Source: an uncultured bacterium (GTDB taxonomy: Bacteria > Patescibacteriota > Minisyncoccia > UBA6257 > 2-01-FULL-56-20). Taken from it: DNA of 64,000 nucleotides. Below are positions 60,312-64,000 of this stretch, in pieces. Under the pieces are notes generated by a model. It had not been told where the DNA came from. It saw only the letters and a program-made list of their open reading frames with translations, and ran no database searches. The position numbers were made by a program, and so were the translations under genes. Within the stretch, counting starts at the first letter, position 1; every line of letters starts with the position of its first letter. The DNA lies in NCBI GenBank assembly GCA_963807165.1, contig CAWDZM010000001.1:32214-96213 (forward strand). Reading direction: 5' to 3'.

Positions 60312-60875
60312 TTGTCCCACCTCACCCCTCCCTCATCCTCCCCGATCCCATACTCATTGCGCAGGAGCAGGCGGGCGCGGAGAATGCGGCTTGCGGTGCA
60401 TCGGGATGGGTCGGTGACGCTCACGACGCCCGCGTGGATGGCGGCGAGCGAGGGGGAGCGATTTGTGTTGCGGCATGCGGAGTGGTTGCTGTCCAAGATC
60501 GCGGCCTTTCGGCGTACGCCATTGCCTCCCGAACATTCCTATGGACGCGCGGAGTATCTGCGGCATCGGGAGTCGGCGCGTGCGCTCGTTGATTCCCGGC
60601 TTGCGGTGTTTGCTCCCGTGCTTGGGGTTTCGTATGGCCGGGTTTCCATTCGCGCACAGCGGTCGCTCTGGGGGAGTTGTTCGCGCCAGGGGAACCTGAA
60701 CTTCAATTATAAAATTTTGTTTTTGCCTGCTCACTTGCAGGACTATGTGATCGTCCATGAGCTTGCGCATGTGCGCGAGCTCAGCCACTCCGCGCGCTTT
60801 TGGGCGGTGGTGGCCAGCGTGCTGCCGGATCATATCGCCCGCCGCCGGGAGCTGCGTGCAATGCGATTGCTGTGA
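60312..60875 (+). CDS. M48/SprT-like (YgjP, DUF45) metallopeptidase
   Basis: WGSCS, DYVIVHELAH..E..HS.RFW. Confidence 0.9.
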   Translation: MSHLTPPSSSPIPYSLRRSRRARRMRLAVHRDGSVTLTTPAWMAASEGERFVLRHAEWLLSKIAAFRRTPLPPEHSYGRAEYLRHRESARALVDSRLAVFAPVLGVSYGRVSIRAQRSLWGSCSRQGNLNFNYKILFLPAHLQDYVIVHELAHVRELSHSARFWAVVASVLPDHIARRRELRAMRLL

Positions 60876-60943
60876 AAAATCGTTGACATCACGCGCGGCC
60901 TCTTGATAGTCTTTATACAGTGGTCGAATGACTGGAGGATGGT

Positions 60944-61414
60944 ATGGATTTGATCCCGTTTACTATCACAAAAAATTCGGTTGTCCTTCTGAGAAGCGAT
61001 CGTGGGGTGGTGCCTATACTGCTCATCAAGGCCGGAGGCATCAATCTTCCCATTGGCTTCAATGTCTATGAGGCGCAACGGATTGTTACGCTCGTGCTGG
61101 GAGGCGAACCAAGTTGGTGTTCGCCCGACGATCTCGCAAGGAATGTGCTCGTCGTCCTAGGTTCCCCACTAACGAAGATTGTGATCGTGGGGATATCCGA
61201 CGAGTGTAATTTTCTCGCCAGGATTTTCTTTAAAAAGGGCGAAGAGGAGTTTTCTTTGCCCGCCCATCTGAGCGATGCGATTGTCCTCGGCCTGAGCTTC
61301 AAAGTCCCCATGTTCGTCGGGGAAAAAGTGCTTATCGAGGGGACTTCAAACGAGGGGACTGAGGGGTTGCTTTCGGCGATCCAAGAGTTCGCTCCACATA
61401 CCTTGGAAATTTAG
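60944..61414 (+). CDS. Bifunctional nuclease (DUF151)-like protein
   Basis: LPI.....EAQ.I, F.A.I, SDAI.L.L....P.FV. Confidence 0.7.
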   Translation: MDLIPFTITKNSVVLLRSDRGVVPILLIKAGGINLPIGFNVYEAQRIVTLVLGGEPSWCSPDDLARNVLVVLGSPLTKIVIVGISDECNFLARIFFKKGEEEFSLPAHLSDAIVLGLSFKVPMFVGEKVLIEGTSNEGTEGLLSAIQEFAPHTLEI

Positions 61415-61532
61415 TTCACTATCACTCATTATATGTGGCGCGTGCAGTATCCATCCCTGTCCCGCGCTATTTTTTTATAAAAAAATCGCAACCCTGTGAG
61501 GCTGCGATGCGTGCCAGTGGCCGCGGTTATTG

Positions 61533-61889
61533 CTAAGGCTTGATCACGACCTTGTAAGGTCGAATGGTGACGTAGATGATCTTTTCTTTTTGGAATGGTT
61601 CGCAGTCTTCCAGGGCTGTCAGTTTCCCTTCGCTTGGTCCGACGTCGATAATGATCTTTCTGTCCGGAAAAGATTTTTTTAGATCTCTCGTCAGTTCCGC
61701 CGCTATCTTCTTTTCTACCTTACCGGCCCCTTCTTGATTCTCCTCGGTGAGGTGCGTACCTATTGATACCTCAACGCGTTTGTAGATCCCTGCCCGCACT
61801 CCCGTGATATGCGGCGATCCATCGCAGTGCTCGTCGACTATTTCCTGGAATCTTGCTCGGATCTCCTCCTGCGTCCTTTTCTTATTCAT
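61533..61889 (-). CDS. Hypothetical protein
   Basis: 118 aa, GGAGG SD, terminator downstream. Confidence 0.55.
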   Translation of the reverse strand: MNKKRTQEEIRARFQEIVDEHCDGSPHITGVRAGIYKRVEVSIGTHLTEENQEGAGKVEKKIAAELTRDLKKSFPDRKIIIDVGPSEGKLTALEDCEPFQKEKIIYVTIRPYKVVIKP

Positions 61890-62005
61890 ACTACCTCCCG
61901 GGTGGAAATATAGCGCTGCCGCCAGAAAAAGTAAACCGGGTCTATTTACAAAATTATATTTGAATGGTATAATTCCATCCAGTTACATCTCTTAAGGAGG
62001 AGCGT

Positions 62006-62326
62006 ATGTTGTTTCTATTTCCAGTAGCTCATTGGAAGTTTTCGGATTGCGGGGATTGCGCGATCATCATAACTTCGAGTGGACACGGATCTCTTGCGAT
62101 TTATTCAAAACAAGAAGGCCATTTCCTCATCAACGCTCTGGAAGAACATGAGGCGGTTCTGCAAGATGAGGCGATCATGCTTCGTCAGGAACTGGACCAA
62201 TCAGCGCTTCCGGATAAGATGCCTCTCACGCGGCTTTTACCGTTTTCGCGTGATGCACTCGACGAGCAGCAACAGCAGGTGGGTGAGTGCGAAGAGGCTC
62301 CACAGCGCAGGGAATGGTTATGCTAA
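62006..62326 (+). CDS. Hypothetical protein
   Basis: AAGGAGG SD, terminator downstream. Confidence 0.55.
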   Translation: MLFLFPVAHWKFSDCGDCAIIITSSGHGSLAIYSKQEGHFLINALEEHEAVLQDEAIMLRQELDQSALPDKMPLTRLLPFSRDALDEQQQQVGECEEAPQRREWLC

Positions 62327-62567
62327 GCGGTATTTTCTGAAGCAGCGGCCGTCGATACTATCGATGGCCGCTTTTCTTTTTCATTATATTATCCGGGATT
62401 TGACAGAGGATCAGGTTTCCCCTACAATTGCTTGGTAAATCCCTGAAGGAATAAAGGAAAGTCACTTAGGTCGATTGGCTATAGATTTTCACAGCTCTCG
62501 AGGCTGTTTTTCTTCGAAAGGGGGATTGCGCGCGCAGTAAAACAAACATTAATATTTTTTAAACACT

Positions 62568-63767
62568 ATGGCAGAAAAAGAAAAGTTCGACCGGTCCAAG
62601 CCGCACCTTAACGTAGGTACGATTGGCCACGTCGATCATGGCAAGACCACGTTGACCGCAGCGATCACCCACGTGCTCTTTATGAAGGGCTGGATCAAAA
62701 AAGAAGAGAATGTTTCACAGATCGACAATGCTCCGGAAGAGAAGGCGCGTGGTATCACCATTGCGTTGCATCACTCGGAGTACAACTCGGAGAAGCGCCA
62801 CTACGCGCACGTTGATGCTCCGGGTCACGCCGATTACATCAAGAACATGATCACCGGTGCCGCCCAGATGGACGGTGCAGTGCTCGTCGTTGCAGCGACC
62901 GACGGCCCGATGCCGCAGACCCGCGAGCACATTTTGCTCGCCCGTCAGGTAGGCGTGCCTTCGATCATCGTGTTCCTCAACAAGTGCGACATGGTGGATG
63001 ATCCGGAATTGATCGACCTCGTGGAGTCCGAAGTTCGTGAGCTCCTCACGAAGAACGGCTTCCCAGGCGACACTGCTCCGGTGATCCGCGGTTCGGCGCT
63101 CAAGGCGTTGAACTCGACCGATGCTGATTCCGCAGATGCCAAGCCGATCCTTGACCTCGTCAAGGCGATGGACGACTTCTTCCCGGATCCGGTTCGTGAA
63201 CTCGACAAGCCGTTCCTTATGCCTGTTGAAGATATCTTCTCGATCGAAGGTCGCGGTACGGTCGTCACGGGACGCATCGAGCGCGGCATCATCAAGGTGA
63301 ACGATGAAATCGAAGTCGTCGGCCTTAAGCCGACCGCAAAGACCGTCGTCACCGGTATCGAAATGTTCAACAAGAGCTTGGATCAGGGCCAGGCAGGCGA
63401 TAACGCAGGTTTGCTTCTCCGCGGTCTCAAGAAAGAGGACGTAGAGCGCGGACAGGTGTTGGCCAAGCCGGGCACGGTGACCCCGCACTCGGAGTTCGAG
63501 GGCGAGATCTACGTGCTCTCGAAAGAAGAGGGTGGCCGTCACTCTCCGTTCTTCAAGGGCTACAAGCCGCAATTCTATATCCGTACCACGGACGTGACCG
63601 GAGAGGTTACGCTTCCGGAAGGAATGGAAATGGTCATGCCGGGTGATACCGTCAAGATCACCGTCAAGCTCATCACCCCGGTCGCTTTGGAAGACAAGAT
63701 GCGTTTCGCCATCCGCGAGGGCGGCAAGACCGTCGGCGCCGGCGTCGTGACGAAGATCATCAAGTAG
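62568..63767 (+). CDS. tuf: Elongation factor Tu
   Basis: [33 protein letters not shown]. Confidence 0.98.
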   Translation: MAEKEKFDRSKPHLNVGTIGHVDHGKTTLTAAITHVLFMKGWIKKEENVSQIDNAPEEKARGITIALHHSEYNSEKRHYAHVDAPGHADYIKNMITGAAQMDGAVLVVAATDGPMPQTREHILLARQVGVPSIIVFLNKCDMVDDPELIDLVESEVRELLTKNGFPGDTAPVIRGSALKALNSTDADSADAKPILDLVKAMDDFFPDPVRELDKPFLMPVEDIFSIEGRGTVVTGRIERGIIKVNDEIEVVGLKPTAKTVVTGIEMFNKSLDQGQAGDNAGLLLRGLKKEDVERGQVLAKPGTVTPHSEFEGEIYVLSKEEGGRHSPFFKGYKPQFYIRTTDVTGEVTLPEGMEMVMPGDTVKITVKLITPVALEDKMRFAIREGGKTVGAGVVTKIIK

Positions 63768-63874
63768 CAATATAAAACCGCCTTACGGGGACGGGTCGCG
63801 TTCTACTGAACGCGCTCTAACGCTCGGCACCTACGTGCCTCCGCGATTCCCCTTAAAGGCGGTTTTATATTGCT
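63766..63874. repeat. tuf terminator: 19-bp inverted repeat enclosing a GGGGACGG...CCCC structured insert
   Basis: AGCAATATAAAACCGCCTT ... AAGGCGGTTTTATATTGCT. Confidence 0.7.
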
Positions 63875-63973
63875 TATATTTTTAATGTTCAGTCACGACG
63901 CCGGCGTCTCTGGAGATATGAGGAGGGATCAGACTAAGGTCGCATTTCAGAAGAATATAGAATCTTGTTACAT

Positions 63974-64000
63974 TCTAAAATCGCAATCTGTGATTTTAGA
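63974..64000. repeat. Third, imperfect ATCACAA-type palindrome (cut by the window edge)
   Basis: TCTAAAATCGCAATCTGTGATTTTAGA. Confidence 0.6.

Noticed and set aside
54584-62400. Prophage or integrative element
   Set aside because: No integrase, structural genes or att duplication recognised
62715-63770. 351-aa antisense ORF over tuf, and similar ORFs over fusA, ppsA, nrdJ and recG
   Set aside because: Shadow frames caused by codon bias in GC-rich genes

Overview
A 64-kb chromosomal segment, probably from a Patescibacteria (CPR, Parcubacteria-like) genome using the standard code. This is inferred from many apparently leaderless genes, a C-terminally short ValS, a TrmB regulator, a class II RNR, a type IV pilin and orphan PemK/PD-(D/E)XK genes. 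Core content: gpsA, nrdJ, pyrD, glycerate kinase, ppsA, a D-hydroxyacid dehydrogenase, eno, rpmB, valS, tgt, xseAB, uppP, tsaD, recG, rpsL-rpsG-fusA, tuf and six tRNAs. AT-rich accessory blocks are interspersed, including an HEPN-like/nuclease pair and a two-methyltransferase R-M island that lies between fusA and tuf. Seven genes, several essential, carry frameshifts that look like read or assembly indels. The most interesting signals are non-coding: (1) an orphan PemK/MazF toxin faced by a convergent promoter-to-terminator small RNA made of two structured repeats (candidate RNA-antitoxin system); (2) a small YjzC-like ORF whose transcript is closed by a 21-bp 5'-3' stem resembling an rRNA boxA processing stalk; (3) an orphan SAM-I-like riboswitch; (4) structured inserts inside terminator hairpins, with an apparent empty site; (5) a recurring ACAA-N-TTGT palindrome, also inside a Bro-N gene; (6) tRNA-linked arrays of self-contained mini-genes. 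All calls come from reading the sequence; no database search was run.
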